Positions 8,188-16,260 of a DNA stretch of 38,083 nt are shown one piece after another. Within the stretch, counting starts at the first letter, position 1. Each line of letters starts with the position of its first letter. A program made the position numbers and the translations under genes. Source of the DNA: Nitrospiraceae bacterium (GTDB lineage Bacteria; Nitrospirota; Nitrospiria; Nitrospirales; Nitrospiraceae); contig DATEPO010000278.1 in assembly GCA_035273145.1 (NCBI GenBank), positions 1 to 38,083 of the forward strand, read 5' to 3'. The notes under the pieces were generated by a model. That model was not told the origin of the DNA. It saw only the letters and a program-made list of their open reading frames with translations, and searched no databases.

Positions 8188-8937
8188 TTATCGTCCACGC
8201 AATGCAACTTCACTGACGACTCCTTGCCGATCATGGCCGACTGCGAGCTCGATTCGCACGCGCGAGACCGAGGCGGCATCGCGTGTCGGCTGACCTTGCC
8301 TGTTGAAATAGTCCAATTGAAACTGCGTCACATCGCCGATGATCGCATTAGCGCCGCCATCGACTTGTCGCATGACATTCTTCTTTCCGCCCGAAATAGC
8401 ACTGACATAATAGCGAACTCGATTCGAAATAAAGACTTCACTTCCTACCGGGAATGCGACGCCTAACGGCGCAGTGAGGCTCAATGAGGTTCGCCGACCG
8501 TCTCGTGTAAGAATGCCTTCGGCACAGTGGTCCGCCGAACAGATGACAACGCGCTTTCCCTCGTTCCAATTCGATCCGCTGAGGACGGGCAGGTCTTGCT
8601 GGAGAGCAGACACCGGCTCAGTGAGAACGGTCGTCAGGTTATCCAGGTTGGCGGTGAACTCAAGCTCTTGAACGCCTAGCGTCAACATGGCGGGTGTATC
8701 TTTAGGCGTGCCCGTTCCGATGAGGCGTAGCTCCTCCTCCAGGACATGAAGGCCTAATCGCTGTTCTTGGTGCCGGCTGATAATGCTCTGCTGAGCCGTA
8801 AGTTTGAACTCGAAGAGCGTGAGGGCTTGAAATGTGGCGGAGAGGATCACACCTCCAGCCGCCATGGCCACCATCACTTCAGCTAAACAGACCCCGGCAT
8901 TGCGGGCTAATGGATATCTCATGGGTGTACCGTTCAA
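8188..8937 (-). CDS. PilW-like (GspJ-like) minor pilin, module A
   Basis: 249 aa. The N-terminus is MNGTPMRYPLARNAG|VCLAEVMVAMAAGGVILSATFQAL, with Val at +1 and Glu at +5. It is followed by QQSIISRHQEQRLGLHVLEEELRLIG, which resembles the PilW N-domain block. Its start overlaps the stop of the upstream gene in an ATGA. Confidence 0.6.
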   Translation of the reverse strand: MNGTPMRYPLARNAGVCLAEVMVAMAAGGVILSATFQALTLFEFKLTAQQSIISRHQEQRLGLHVLEEELRLIGTGTPKDTPAMLTLGVQELEFTANLDNLTTVLTEPVSALQQDLPVLSGSNWNEGKRVVICSADHCAEGILTRDGRRTSLSLTAPLGVAFPVGSEVFISNRVRYYVSAISGGKKNVMRQVDGGANAIIGDVTQFQLDYFNRQGQPTRDAASVSRVRIELAVGHDRQGVVSEVALRGR

Positions 8938-9419
8938 TGAAGACCAACAAAAGCAGGATTGACGCGAAGCGTTCCGGTTTCAATCGATCGCGATTGCGCC
9001 CCAATCTGATACGTCGCCAGAGCTTTGATGAGGACCATCTCTGTGCTTTCCAACGGACTGCTCTGCAGGGACTGGATCGTCCAGACGAGACGAACGCCGT
9101 CTTGTTCAAAAAGTCCGCTATAAATGCCGTCGCCGGACATGACATCGCCGTGCATCCCATCATCCCGCATCTGAATCTCGGCTACGCCGTCCGCGTCTAA
9201 ATCATCTATAAGCAAGGCATCCCAGGGAGCGCCCCGTTTGACCTCTACGCGCGCTTCTGCCATTGCCAATGCCAGAGTTCCTTTCGTTCCGTCCAAAAGC
9301 CCTTCGTTCGCATATTGAAACATGGACGTGACACCCAATACGGAAAACGCCAAGATCACCATCGAAACCATGACTTCGATGAGGCTAAACCCACGCTGAT
9401 TTAAAATGGGCCTGATCAT
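8934..9419 (-). CDS. PilV-like (GspI-like) minor pilin, module A
   Basis: The ATG at 9419 is preceded by GAGGTG about 5 nt upstream and gives MIRPILNQRG|FSLIEVMVSMVILAFSVLGVTSMF. The track start at 9443 is also possible. Confidence 0.65.
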   Translation of the reverse strand: MIRPILNQRGFSLIEVMVSMVILAFSVLGVTSMFQYANEGLLDGTKGTLALAMAEARVEVKRGAPWDALLIDDLDADGVAEIQMRDDGMHGDVMSGDGIYSGLFEQDGVRLVWTIQSLQSSPLESTEMVLIKALATYQIGAQSRSIETGTLRVNPAFVGLH

Positions 9420-9435
9420 CACCACCTCGGCTCCC

Positions 9436-9867
9436 CTATGCATTGACCCGCCCCGTAATCGTCACCGTCATTCGCCACCGTTCACCCTGACTATTCACAA
9501 GCGTAACGGTATTAGGAGTCGCGGATCGTCCGCTCGGATAAAACGTGATGGATGGTCCGTTTGATAGTGTTTCTACCGTGAGGCCTTTTCTGGAAAAGGT
9601 GTATGAACGCAGGACGGAATGGGGAGCATCCACCTGTTCAGTACGAATCGAGGACCCCGATGGTTCGAACACGACTCGAACCTTCTCCCGCTGTGACATG
9701 GCTAGGTGGCGGGCGGTTTGAAGTTCAGCGGCTAATTCTGTCCGGGCTGTCTTCGCTTGATACCGCGTGGCGGCTGAGACAAATCCATCACTCAAGCACA
9801 CCATAATCCCGACGATCGCCAGGACGGTGATACATTCGATGAGCGTCACTCCGCGTTGATCCATCAT
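9436..9867 (-). CDS. FimT/GspH-like minor pilin, module A
   Basis: 143 aa. The N-terminus is MMDQRG|VTLIECITVLAIVGIMV, with Val at +1 and Glu at +5. It is followed by ARTELAAELQTARHLAMSQREKVRVVF, a GspH/FimT-type block. Confidence 0.65.
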   Translation of the reverse strand: MMDQRGVTLIECITVLAIVGIMVCLSDGFVSAATRYQAKTARTELAAELQTARHLAMSQREKVRVVFEPSGSSIRTEQVDAPHSVLRSYTFSRKGLTVETLSNGPSITFYPSGRSATPNTVTLVNSQGERWRMTVTITGRVNA

Positions 9868-10056
9868 CTTTCCCCAAATAGCCTACGATAGGTCGACGAC
9901 CGTGCTTACTCAAAAGTCATGCCTGTGCCGCATTTGCCCGAATGGCACATGCCACTTTATTGTGGTTTGCAAACCTAATGGTTACGTACATTTATGATAT
10001 TTTAGAATCTGTGAAGCGATGAGGAACTGGAGGGGCGGGGATGGATTTTCCTAATT

Positions 10057-10088
10057 GGATACAGGTACCAGACAGTCGGATACAGGTA
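10057..10088. repeat. Perfect 11-bp direct repeat GGATACAGGTA x2, 21 bp start to start; candidate regulator-binding site upstream of the minor-pilin genes
   Basis: GGATACAGGTA occurs at 10057-10067 and again at 10078-10088. The pair lies 7 nt downstream of the pilD stop and about 190-220 nt upstream of the first minor-pilin ATG (9867). Confidence 0.5.
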
Positions 10089-10094
10089 ACCTGA

Positions 10095-10874
10095 TTAATG
10101 TGCCCGAGTGATGAACCCGATATACCAAGCAAACAGCTCCTGATGAAAAAACATCGAGATGATGGCCCCGAAAGCCAAAAACGGTCCGAAGGGAAGGTAT
10201 TGATCCCGTCGCAAGACTTTCAACACGATCAACGCCACACCGACGATGGCTCCAAGGATAGCGCCGATCAGCATCGTGAGTAGCACCGGCTTCCAACCGA
10301 GGAACGCGCCGATCATGGCGAGTAATTTAATATCCCCGCCTCCCATGCCTTCTTTTCCGAAGAGATAGGGACTGATCCAGGCTAACCCGAAGAGAACTCC
10401 GCCTCCCAGCAGCAAGCCGAGCAGGGAGTCCAGGAGTCCGAGCGGCAGCGCGAAGACTGCGGCGAGGACGCCGAGGGCAATGCCGGGAAGGGTGATGGCG
10501 TCCGGAATAATCTGATAATCGAGATCGATGTAGGAGACGACTAATAGAGCAGAGAAAAAGGCGGCATAAATCACCGCCTGGTATCCCAGACCGAAGTACC
10601 AAACGATGAGGCCGTAGGCCAGTCCATTGACGGCCTCGACCGTCGGATACCGTCTCGTGATATGGATTCCGCAGCTGCGACAACACCCTCTCAAGACAAG
10701 ATAACTCAGCAGTGGAATATTATCCCAGGGCCCAATGGACGCGCTACAGGCCGGGCAGTGAGAGCCGGGCCATATGAGGGACTGCTTGCGCGGGAGCCGG
10801 TGAATGACCACATTGAGGAAGCTACCGATAAGAAGACCCAGCAGCAACGCGATACCGGGATAGAGCCACATCAT
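10095..10874 (-). CDS. pilD: Type IV prepilin peptidase / N-methyltransferase (A24 family)
   Basis: 259 aa, polytopic. The sequence shows MMWLYPGIALLLGLLIGSFLNVVIHRLP, a Cys cluster CPACSASIGPWDNIPLLSYLVLRGCCRSCG, and the second catalytic Asp block GGGDIKLLA. Confidence 0.9.
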   Translation of the reverse strand: MMWLYPGIALLLGLLIGSFLNVVIHRLPRKQSLIWPGSHCPACSASIGPWDNIPLLSYLVLRGCCRSCGIHITRRYPTVEAVNGLAYGLIVWYFGLGYQAVIYAAFFSALLVVSYIDLDYQIIPDAITLPGIALGVLAAVFALPLGLLDSLLGLLLGGGVLFGLAWISPYLFGKEGMGGGDIKLLAMIGAFLGWKPVLLTMLIGAILGAIVGVALIVLKVLRRDQYLPFGPFLAFGAIISMFFHQELFAWYIGFITRAH

Positions 10875-10985
10875 AATATCGCTATATCACTCTTGTTAAA
10901 AATTAGAAAGGTTTCCTTAAGCGTGACAATCCTACGCAGGATGTGCGAAAAATCTTTATAAGGAGGCTCTAGGGTCTTTCATCAA

Positions 10986-11014
10986 TTTACAGGCGGCGCG
11001 CATCCTGAGATAAT
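10986..11014 (+). promoter_or_regulatory. Sigma70-type promoter candidate for the LuxR-solo gene
   Basis: TTTACA (10986-10991), a 17-nt spacer, then GATAAT (11009-11014). GAGG sits 5 nt before the ATG at 11048. Confidence 0.4.
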
Positions 11015-11047
11015 GTCTACGTAGTTGATCTTTTATTTGAGGCATAC

Positions 11048-11302
11048 ATGCAGCGAGCCCCCAAGGAGCGACGCGAAGCCCCTCCCAGACGGAAACGGCC
11101 TGAGTCTCTGACCAATCGAGAACAAGAGATTCTTCAGCTTATCTGGACCGGCCTAAAAAATAGAGAGATCGCCCAACGCCTGAAGATCAGCGTGAAGACG
11201 GTCGAAGCACATCGCGCTACCATGATGAAGAAAGTGCGCGTGTCAAATACGGCGCAATTGCTTAAAGCCGCGATCCAAGACGGCATGATTCAGATCCGCT
11301 AA
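11048..11302 (+). CDS. Stand-alone LuxR/GerE-type HTH transcriptional regulator (84 aa)
   Basis: LTNREQEILQLIWTGLKNREIAQRLKISVKTVEAHRATMMKKVRVSNTAQLLKAAI is a full GerE/LuxR C-terminal HTH domain. It is preceded only by a basic 20-aa tail, with no receiver or sensor domain. Confidence 0.85.
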   Translation: MQRAPKERREAPPRRKRPESLTNREQEILQLIWTGLKNREIAQRLKISVKTVEAHRATMMKKVRVSNTAQLLKAAIQDGMIQIR

Positions 11303-12066
11303 TGGGTCTCGCTGCACCGTTGCCTGACGGCTTCAAAAAGCATTATGGCTGCGGCAGCCGACACATTGAGTGAAGAAACATGCCCACGCATGGGAATGTG
11401 GACGCGTTCGTCGCATTTGTCCAACACGCCGGGACGTATGCCCTTCCCTTCCCCACCGAAGACCAATGCGATAGGTCCTCGAAGATCCACATCGGTATAC
11501 CGCTTCCCCGCTTTCACATCTAGCGCATATATCCAGAGACCATGTGTTTGAAGCGTTTCAATCAGACGAGACAGATTGGTGACGCAGCCAACGAGGAGAT
11601 GATCGAGCGCTCCTGCAGAGGTCTTGGCAACAGTGCCCGTCAATCCAACGGCACGGCGTTCCGGGATGAAGACGCCATGCACGCCGGCCGCTTCAGCGCT
11701 CCGAAGAATCGCTCCGACATTGTGTGGATCTTCCAGCCCATCCAGTATGATAAGAAAAGGATGCTCCGCGCGCTCCTTCGCAGTCACGAGGATCTCTTCA
11801 ACCTCAGTATAGCGCTTGGCCGCCACCACACCGACGACGCCTTGATGCTTTCCATGCGGAACCAGCCGATCTAAAGCCGGGCGCGGCTCAATATGAATCG
11901 GCACCCGTGCCGCTTTGGCCAATTGAGCAAGATCGGAAAATTGGCGTTCTTGATGGACCAGCAAGAGCCGCAGCAGAGGCCGAGAGCCGGAGCGCAACGC
12001 CTCCCGCACGGCATGGAGACCATAAATGATGTCCACATCCTTACCGTTTCCAGCGACTGGTTCCAT
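11299..12066 (-). CDS. rlmB: 23S rRNA (guanosine-2'-O)-methyltransferase, SpoU/TrmH family (RlmB-like)
   Basis: The sequence shows IIYGLHAVREALRSG...LDGLEDPHNVGAILRSAEAAGVHGV...LVFGGEGKGIRPGV...SLNVSAAAAIMLFE. I trimmed the start to the ATG at 12066 (GAGGA upstream). The track start at 12156 would overlap cysS by 116 nt. Confidence 0.85.
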   Translation of the reverse strand: MEPVAGNGKDVDIIYGLHAVREALRSGSRPLLRLLLVHQERQFSDLAQLAKAARVPIHIEPRPALDRLVPHGKHQGVVGVVAAKRYTEVEEILVTAKERAEHPFLIILDGLEDPHNVGAILRSAEAAGVHGVFIPERRAVGLTGTVAKTSAGALDHLLVGCVTNLSRLIETLQTHGLWIYALDVKAGKRYTDVDLRGPIALVFGGEGKGIRPGVLDKCDERVHIPMRGHVSSLNVSAAAAIMLFEAVRQRCSETH

Positions 12067-13507
12067 CGGGACGGTCCTCAATCGTAATGCCAAGAGACGC
12101 AAGTTCTGCTCTGATTTCATCGGCTCTCTTGAAATTTTTGCGACATCGCGCTTCATTTCGCTCGGCTAACTTGACCTCAATGTCTGTCTCTGTCATGACC
12201 GGTCCCACGCCGGTTTTTTCTTCGACACCCGCTGTCAGACGATCAGCAGGATTGAATTGCCAATCGGAAAGCTGAAATAAGCCGAGCACACGCCCAACAG
12301 ATCGAAACCCTTCACACGCATCAAGATATCCTTGCCTGGAGAGTCCGCTCTCTAACATTCGGTTCACTTGGCCTCGAAAGACCTGCAAGGCAGCCAGCGC
12401 GGCAGGCGAATTGAAATCATCATCCATCCCTTGCTCAACACTGCTCACTAATTTCTGTCTTTCACCTACGAGCATCCCATATGCCGTTGACGAGGAGCGC
12501 GATGATTCCTCAAGGCGTTGAAACAGGTCATAAAAGCCATCCAATGCTCGTTTAGCTTCTTCCAGGCTTTGATCGGAAAAATCCACCGGGCTTCGGTAAT
12601 GGGTTGAGAGCAAAAAATAGCGTAGCATTTCGCCGGTCACCGCTTCAGGCCATCGGCTTTTCTCAAAGATCTCACGAATCGTGAAATAATTGCCCAGCGA
12701 TTTGGACATTTTCTCCTGATTGATCCGGACAAACCCGTTATGGACCCAGTACTGCGCAAAGGGTTGGCCGGACGCCCCGCTCGACTGCGCGATTTCATTC
12801 TCATGGTGTGGAAAGATGAGATCCTCTCCACCTCCATGAATGTCGAATGTGGGACCAAGATGTTTCATCGACATGGCCGAACATTCGATATGCCATCCTG
12901 GCCGCCCCAAGCCCCATGGGCTGGGCCAGGCAGGCTCTCCCGACTTGGCGCTTTTCCAAAGAGCAAAATCGATCGGATTTCGCTTCCGTTCATCGACTTC
13001 GACGCGTGCACCGGCCTGCAGGTCTTCGAGCTTTCGCTTCGAGAGCATCCCATAGGCCGGGAAATTTTCGACTTGAAAATACACATCGCCATCGACCTGA
13101 TAGGCGAGGCCCTTTTTCATCAGCAATTCGACAAGCTGAATGATCTCACCCATATGCTCGGTAGCTTTGGGCTCCAGGGTGGCTGGTGCTACTCCGATCC
13201 GGGCCATGTCTTCATGGTAAGCCGTAATGTAAGTTGAGGTGATCTGTTGCCAATCCTTCCCTTGTTCCTGCGCCCGGCGGATGATCTTATCATCCACATC
13301 GGTAAAGTTTTTGACGAATGTCACGGCGAAGCCGCGATATTCCAGGTAGCGTCGGATCACCTCAAAGACCAGCGCACTACGCGCATGGCCCAGATGGCAA
13401 TAGTCATAGACGGTCACGCCGCACACATACATACGAACTGTGCCGGGTACGAGCGGCTCGAACGCTTCCTTACGACCGCTCAGCGTATTATGAATCTTGA
13501 GGGTCAT
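12041..13507 (-). CDS. cysS: Cysteine--tRNA ligase
   Basis: The sequence begins [18 protein letters not shown] and carries [18 protein letters not shown] (HIGH motif) and KMSKSLGN (KMSKS motif). I took the start at ATG 13507 rather than the track's 13546. Confidence 0.95.
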   Translation of the reverse strand: MTLKIHNTLSGRKEAFEPLVPGTVRMYVCGVTVYDYCHLGHARSALVFEVIRRYLEYRGFAVTFVKNFTDVDDKIIRRAQEQGKDWQQITSTYITAYHEDMARIGVAPATLEPKATEHMGEIIQLVELLMKKGLAYQVDGDVYFQVENFPAYGMLSKRKLEDLQAGARVEVDERKRNPIDFALWKSAKSGEPAWPSPWGLGRPGWHIECSAMSMKHLGPTFDIHGGGEDLIFPHHENEIAQSSGASGQPFAQYWVHNGFVRINQEKMSKSLGNYFTIREIFEKSRWPEAVTGEMLRYFLLSTHYRSPVDFSDQSLEEAKRALDGFYDLFQRLEESSRSSSTAYGMLVGERQKLVSSVEQGMDDDFNSPAALAALQVFRGQVNRMLESGLSRQGYLDACEGFRSVGRVLGLFQLSDWQFNPADRLTAGVEEKTGVGPVMTETDIEVKLAERNEARCRKNFKRADEIRAELASLGITIEDRPDGTSRWKR

Positions 13508-13578
13508 GGTGGATCGTTCCCAATGCATGCATGATGACCGCCACATTGGTCATTAGGATAATCTTATGGCAGGAGCAA

Positions 13579-13602
13579 CAAAAAAGCTGCCGGATGGCAG
13601 CT
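13579..13602 (-). terminator. Rho-independent terminator downstream of tRNA-Pro
   Basis: On the minus strand the sequence reads AGCTGCC-atcc-GGCAGCT, a 7-bp stem with a 4-nt loop (13585-13602). It is followed by TTTTTTG. Confidence 0.6.
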
Positions 13603-13689
13603 CTTTGAGGTTAGGTTTTTGATTGTGAACGTTCAGTAGGACAACTCACCTAAAAAAACCACAGTTTCAAAATGTACATTACACGGTTA

Positions 13690-13766
13690 TGGTCGGGGCG
13701 GCGGGATTTGAACCCACGACCTCTCGCACCCCAAGCGAGTGCGCTACCGGGCTGCGCTACGCCCCG
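13690..13766 (-). tRNA. tRNA-Pro (anticodon GGG)
   Basis: The minus strand reads CGGGGCGTAGCGCAGCCCGGTAGCGCACTCGCTTGGGGTGCGAGAGGTCGTGGGTTCAAATCCCGCCGCCCCGACCA. It folds into a cloverleaf with a 7-bp acceptor stem, anticodon stem CTCGC/GCGAG, loop TTGGGGT, a GGTTCAAAT T-loop and an encoded CCA. Confidence 0.93.
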
Positions 13767-13792
13767 ACTGTGTTCCTGATCCCATCGGCCCC

Positions 13793-14143
13793 TTATCGAT
13801 CATAGGAATCCATAATTTTCAAAATGGTATGGAGTTCCCCCCGCACACGTTCAGCCAGCACATGCGGCTTCATCTCCTTACCGACCTGTCGAGTCCGTCG
13901 AGCCCAAAAGCGTTTAAGCCCGGCGATCGTATACCCTTCTTCGTACAACATGCGCTTAATTTCGAGAATCTGTTCGACATCCCGGCGGATATACAGACGT
14001 TGATTGCCACGACTTTTACGGGGTTTTAAAAACTTGAATTCAGATTCCCAAAAACGCAAGACATAGGCGGGAAGCTTGGCAATTTCACTGACTTCTCCGA
14101 TTTTGTAAAAGACCTTGCTGCCCAGCGGGGGCTTAGCCGGCAT
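13793..14143 (-). CDS. MerR-family transcriptional regulator
   Basis: YKIGEVSEIAKLPAYVLRFWESEFKFLKPRKSRGNQRLYIRRDVEQILEIKRMLYEEGYTIAGLK is a MerR-type wHTH. GAGGGG lies 5 nt upstream of the ATG. Confidence 0.85.
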   Translation of the reverse strand: MPAKPPLGSKVFYKIGEVSEIAKLPAYVLRFWESEFKFLKPRKSRGNQRLYIRRDVEQILEIKRMLYEEGYTIAGLKRFWARRTRQVGKEMKPHVLAERVRGELHTILKIMDSYDR

Positions 14144-14176
14144 TATCGCCCCTCGTACGACGTCTCGATGAAGCTG

Positions 14177-14506
14177 CTATTGATTGACGTATTTTTTGAA
14201 CACCTGGCTTGGGCGGAAGGTCACAACCCGACGCGGAGTGATTCCAATTTCCTGCCCGGTTCGAGGGTTTCTCCCCTTCCGCGCACCTTTGCTGCGGACC
14301 ATAAAATTTCCGAACCCGGCGATCTTCACCGACTCTCCCTTTTGCAGCACCGACTTCAGGAGATTGAGGATGAGTTCCACGATATCCGCTGCTTCTTTTT
14401 TAGACACGCCAACTTTTTCAAAAATTTCGTTGGCAATATCAGCCTTTCTCATCCCTCCAACTTGCTGACCGGCCGCTCGATGCTCTTCTTTTGGAGACGG
14501 TTCCAA
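14177..14506 (-). CDS. ihfA: Integration host factor alpha subunit (HU/IHF family)
   Basis: The sequence reads MRKADIANEIFEKVGVSKKEAADIVELILNLLKSVLQKGESVKIAGFGNFMVRSKGARKGRNPRTGQEIGITPRRVVTFRPSQ. Homology favours the internal ATG at 14452 (91 aa). The maximal ORF starts at 14506. Which start is used is unresolved. Confidence 0.88.
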   Translation of the reverse strand: MEPSPKEEHRAAGQQVGGMRKADIANEIFEKVGVSKKEAADIVELILNLLKSVLQKGESVKIAGFGNFMVRSKGARKGRNPRTGQEIGITPRRVVTFRPSQVFKKYVNQ

Positions 14507-14560
14507 TTCTTCCCCCCGATGTTAAGTTTTCCAATAACTTATGCGAGGCCTTCAGCCGTG

Positions 14561-16249
14561 TCAAGAAAATTCTTGACGAGAGGGATTCTCGTCATCGTTT
14601 GGAAGAAGCTTGTATTCGATACTGTCTGCCAACGCTTGCCAACTCGCCTCCATAATATTCTCAGAGACTCCGACCGTTCCCCATTTCTCTTTATGGTCAC
14701 CGGACTCAAGGAGGACGCGTACTTTCGATTCCGTTCCGCGACTGGCCGTGAGCACCCGCACTTTATAATCAAGCAACGTGACTTCTCCAAGCTGCGGATA
14801 AAATTTTTCTAACGCTTTTCGCAACGCGTGGTCCAGGGCATTGACCGGGCCAACACCCACGGCAGCCGTATGCTCAATCGATTCACCCACTTTCACCATC
14901 ACGGTGGCCTCTGAAATCGGGGCTTCCTTTGAATTTCGTTTCTCGACGATGACACGGAATCCCAGCAGTTCAAAGGAGGACTTATGCCGGCCAACCGCTT
15001 TCCGCATTAACAGTTCCAGTGAACCTTCCGCGCCTTCATACTGATAGCCCTGACTCTCCAGTTCCTTGAGCGTTTCCAAGAGCTCCTTCAGTTTCGGGTT
15101 CTGTTTCGTCAACGCGATGCCGTACTCTTCAACCTTGGCCAGCAGCCCGCTTCGTCCCGTGTAATCGGATACCAGCATGCGTTGCCGATTTCCCACCGCT
15201 TCAGGAATGATGTGTTCATAGGTCGCGCGATTCTTCTGCACGGCATGGATATGGATGCCCCCCTTATGGGCAAAGGCCGAATCGCCGACATAGGGTTGAT
15301 GCTTATTCGGCATCAAATTGGCTATCTCAGTCACAAAGTTTGAGACTTCACGAAGGCGACCAAGACGGTGGTCACTGAGCGCCAACCGTTTCATTTTGAG
15401 TTCAAGGTTCGGCAGAATGGAACACAGATTTGCATTGCCGCACCGTTCACCAATCCCGTTGATGGTGCCCTGGACCTGGACAATGCCCGCTTCAATCGCC
15501 ACTAATGAATTGGCCACGGCCATTTCGGTATCGTTATGTGCATGAATGCCTAACGGCACCGGGCAGGCCTGCTTCACGGCTAGACAGATTTCCTTGATTT
15601 CCCATGGCATCGTGCCGCCATTGGTATCGCAGAGAATGACACGCTCCGCACCCTCCTCAACGGCCCGCCGAATCGTCTGCAAGGCATAGTCCGGATTCGC
15701 CTTATAGCCATCAAAAAAATGCTCCGCATCGTAAAACACGTGCCGACCCTTCGCGCGCAAATAGGCCACCGAGTCGCCGATCATTTCTAAGTTCCGAGCA
15801 AGGGAAATTCGCAATGCGTCAGTTACGTGGAGTGTCCAAGTTTTCCCGAACAGCGTGATGGTGCTGGTATCAGCCTGGAGTAGAGCTTGGATATTGGTGT
15901 CCTTCCGGACCGGATTATCGGCCTTCCGCGCCGAGCCGAAGGCGACGACCGTCGCATGGTGCAACGGAATAGTCTTCATCATCCGGAAAAATTCAATGTC
16001 CTTCGGATTCGCCCCTGGCCAGCCTCCTTCGATGTACTGCACACCGAGTTCGTCCAGCTTGTGCGCGACCCGCACCTTGTCTTCAGCCGAAAAACTGACA
16101 TCCTCGGCTTGGGCGCCGTCACGCAACGTCGTGTCGTAGACTTCAAGGATAGGCGAACGGTGAGAGGCGAGGGGCGAGGGGCGAGGGGATTCCTCGGCCT
16201 TCACGCCTTGCGCCTTAGACTGTCCGTCGTGTTTACGCTTGTCTTTCAC
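14561..16249 (-). CDS. cimA: (R)-citramalate synthase (LeuA/CimA family)
   Basis: The sequence shows VYDTTLRDGAQAEDVSFSAEDKVRVAHKLDELGVQYIEGGWPGANPKDIEFF...GIHAHNDTEMAVANSL and a C-terminal LeuA-dimer type regulatory domain. Length and placement next to lysC match the characterised Geobacter-type cimA. The 35-aa N-terminal extension is uncertain. Confidence 0.8.
   Translation of the reverse strand: MKDKRKHDGQSKAQGVKAEESPRPSPLASHRSPILEVYDTTLRDGAQAEDVSFSAEDKVRVAHKLDELGVQYIEGGWPGANPKDIEFFRMMKTIPLHHATVVAFGSARKADNPVRKDTNIQALLQADTSTITLFGKTWTLHVTDALRISLARNLEMIGDSVAYLRAKGRHVFYDAEHFFDGYKANPDYALQTIRRAVEEGAERVILCDTNGGTMPWEIKEICLAVKQACPVPLGIHAHNDTEMAVANSLVAIEAGIVQVQGTINGIGERCGNANLCSILPNLELKMKRLALSDHRLGRLREVSNFVTEIANLMPNKHQPYVGDSAFAHKGGIHIHAVQKNRATYEHIIPEAVGNRQRMLVSDYTGRSGLLAKVEEYGIALTKQNPKLKELLETLKELESQGYQYEGAEGSLELLMRKAVGRHKSSFELLGFRVIVEKRNSKEAPISEATVMVKVGESIEHTAAVGVGPVNALDHALRKALEKFYPQLGEVTLLDYKVRVLTASRGTESKVRVLLESGDHKEKWGTVGVSENIMEASWQALADSIEYKLLPNDDENPSRQEFS
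16168..16188. repeat. Tandem heptamer CGAGGGG x3 inside the 5' end of cimA
   Basis: Three perfect copies sit at 16168-16174, 16175-16181 and 16182-16188. They encode part of the low-complexity stretch ESPRPSPLAS. Confidence 0.9.
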
Positions 16250-16260
16250 AATGTCCTAAG

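Noticed and set aside
9943-9954. The palindrome TGGCA-ca-TGCCA in the pilD/minor-pilin spacer, considered as an operator.
   Set aside because: A 5+5 palindrome with a 2-nt spacer is expected by chance dozens of times in 38 kb. Without conservation data it is not evidence on its own.
9868-10094. Sigma54 (-24/-12) promoter upstream of the minor-pilin genes, expected because many pilin genes are RpoN-dependent. The candidates on the minus strand were TGGCATGTGCCATTC and CGGCACAGGCATGAC.
   Set aside because: Neither candidate has the invariant GG-N10-GC spacing; the -12 positions read TC and AC. No convincing sigma70 hexamer pair was found either. The promoter in this spacer is therefore left uncalled.
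13626-13680. Two perfect 10-bp palindromes (TGAACGTTCA at 13626-13635 and AATGTACATT at 13671-13680) between tRNA-Pro and its terminator.
   Set aside because: They are short and AT-rich, and the number of such palindromes is consistent with chance. No associated regulator or repeat was seen elsewhere.
13690-13766. tRNA-Pro as the integration site of a genomic island.
   Set aside because: No integrase is present, and I could see no duplicated copy of the tRNA 3' end. Both flanks (merR-ihfA and cysS) are conserved housekeeping genes.
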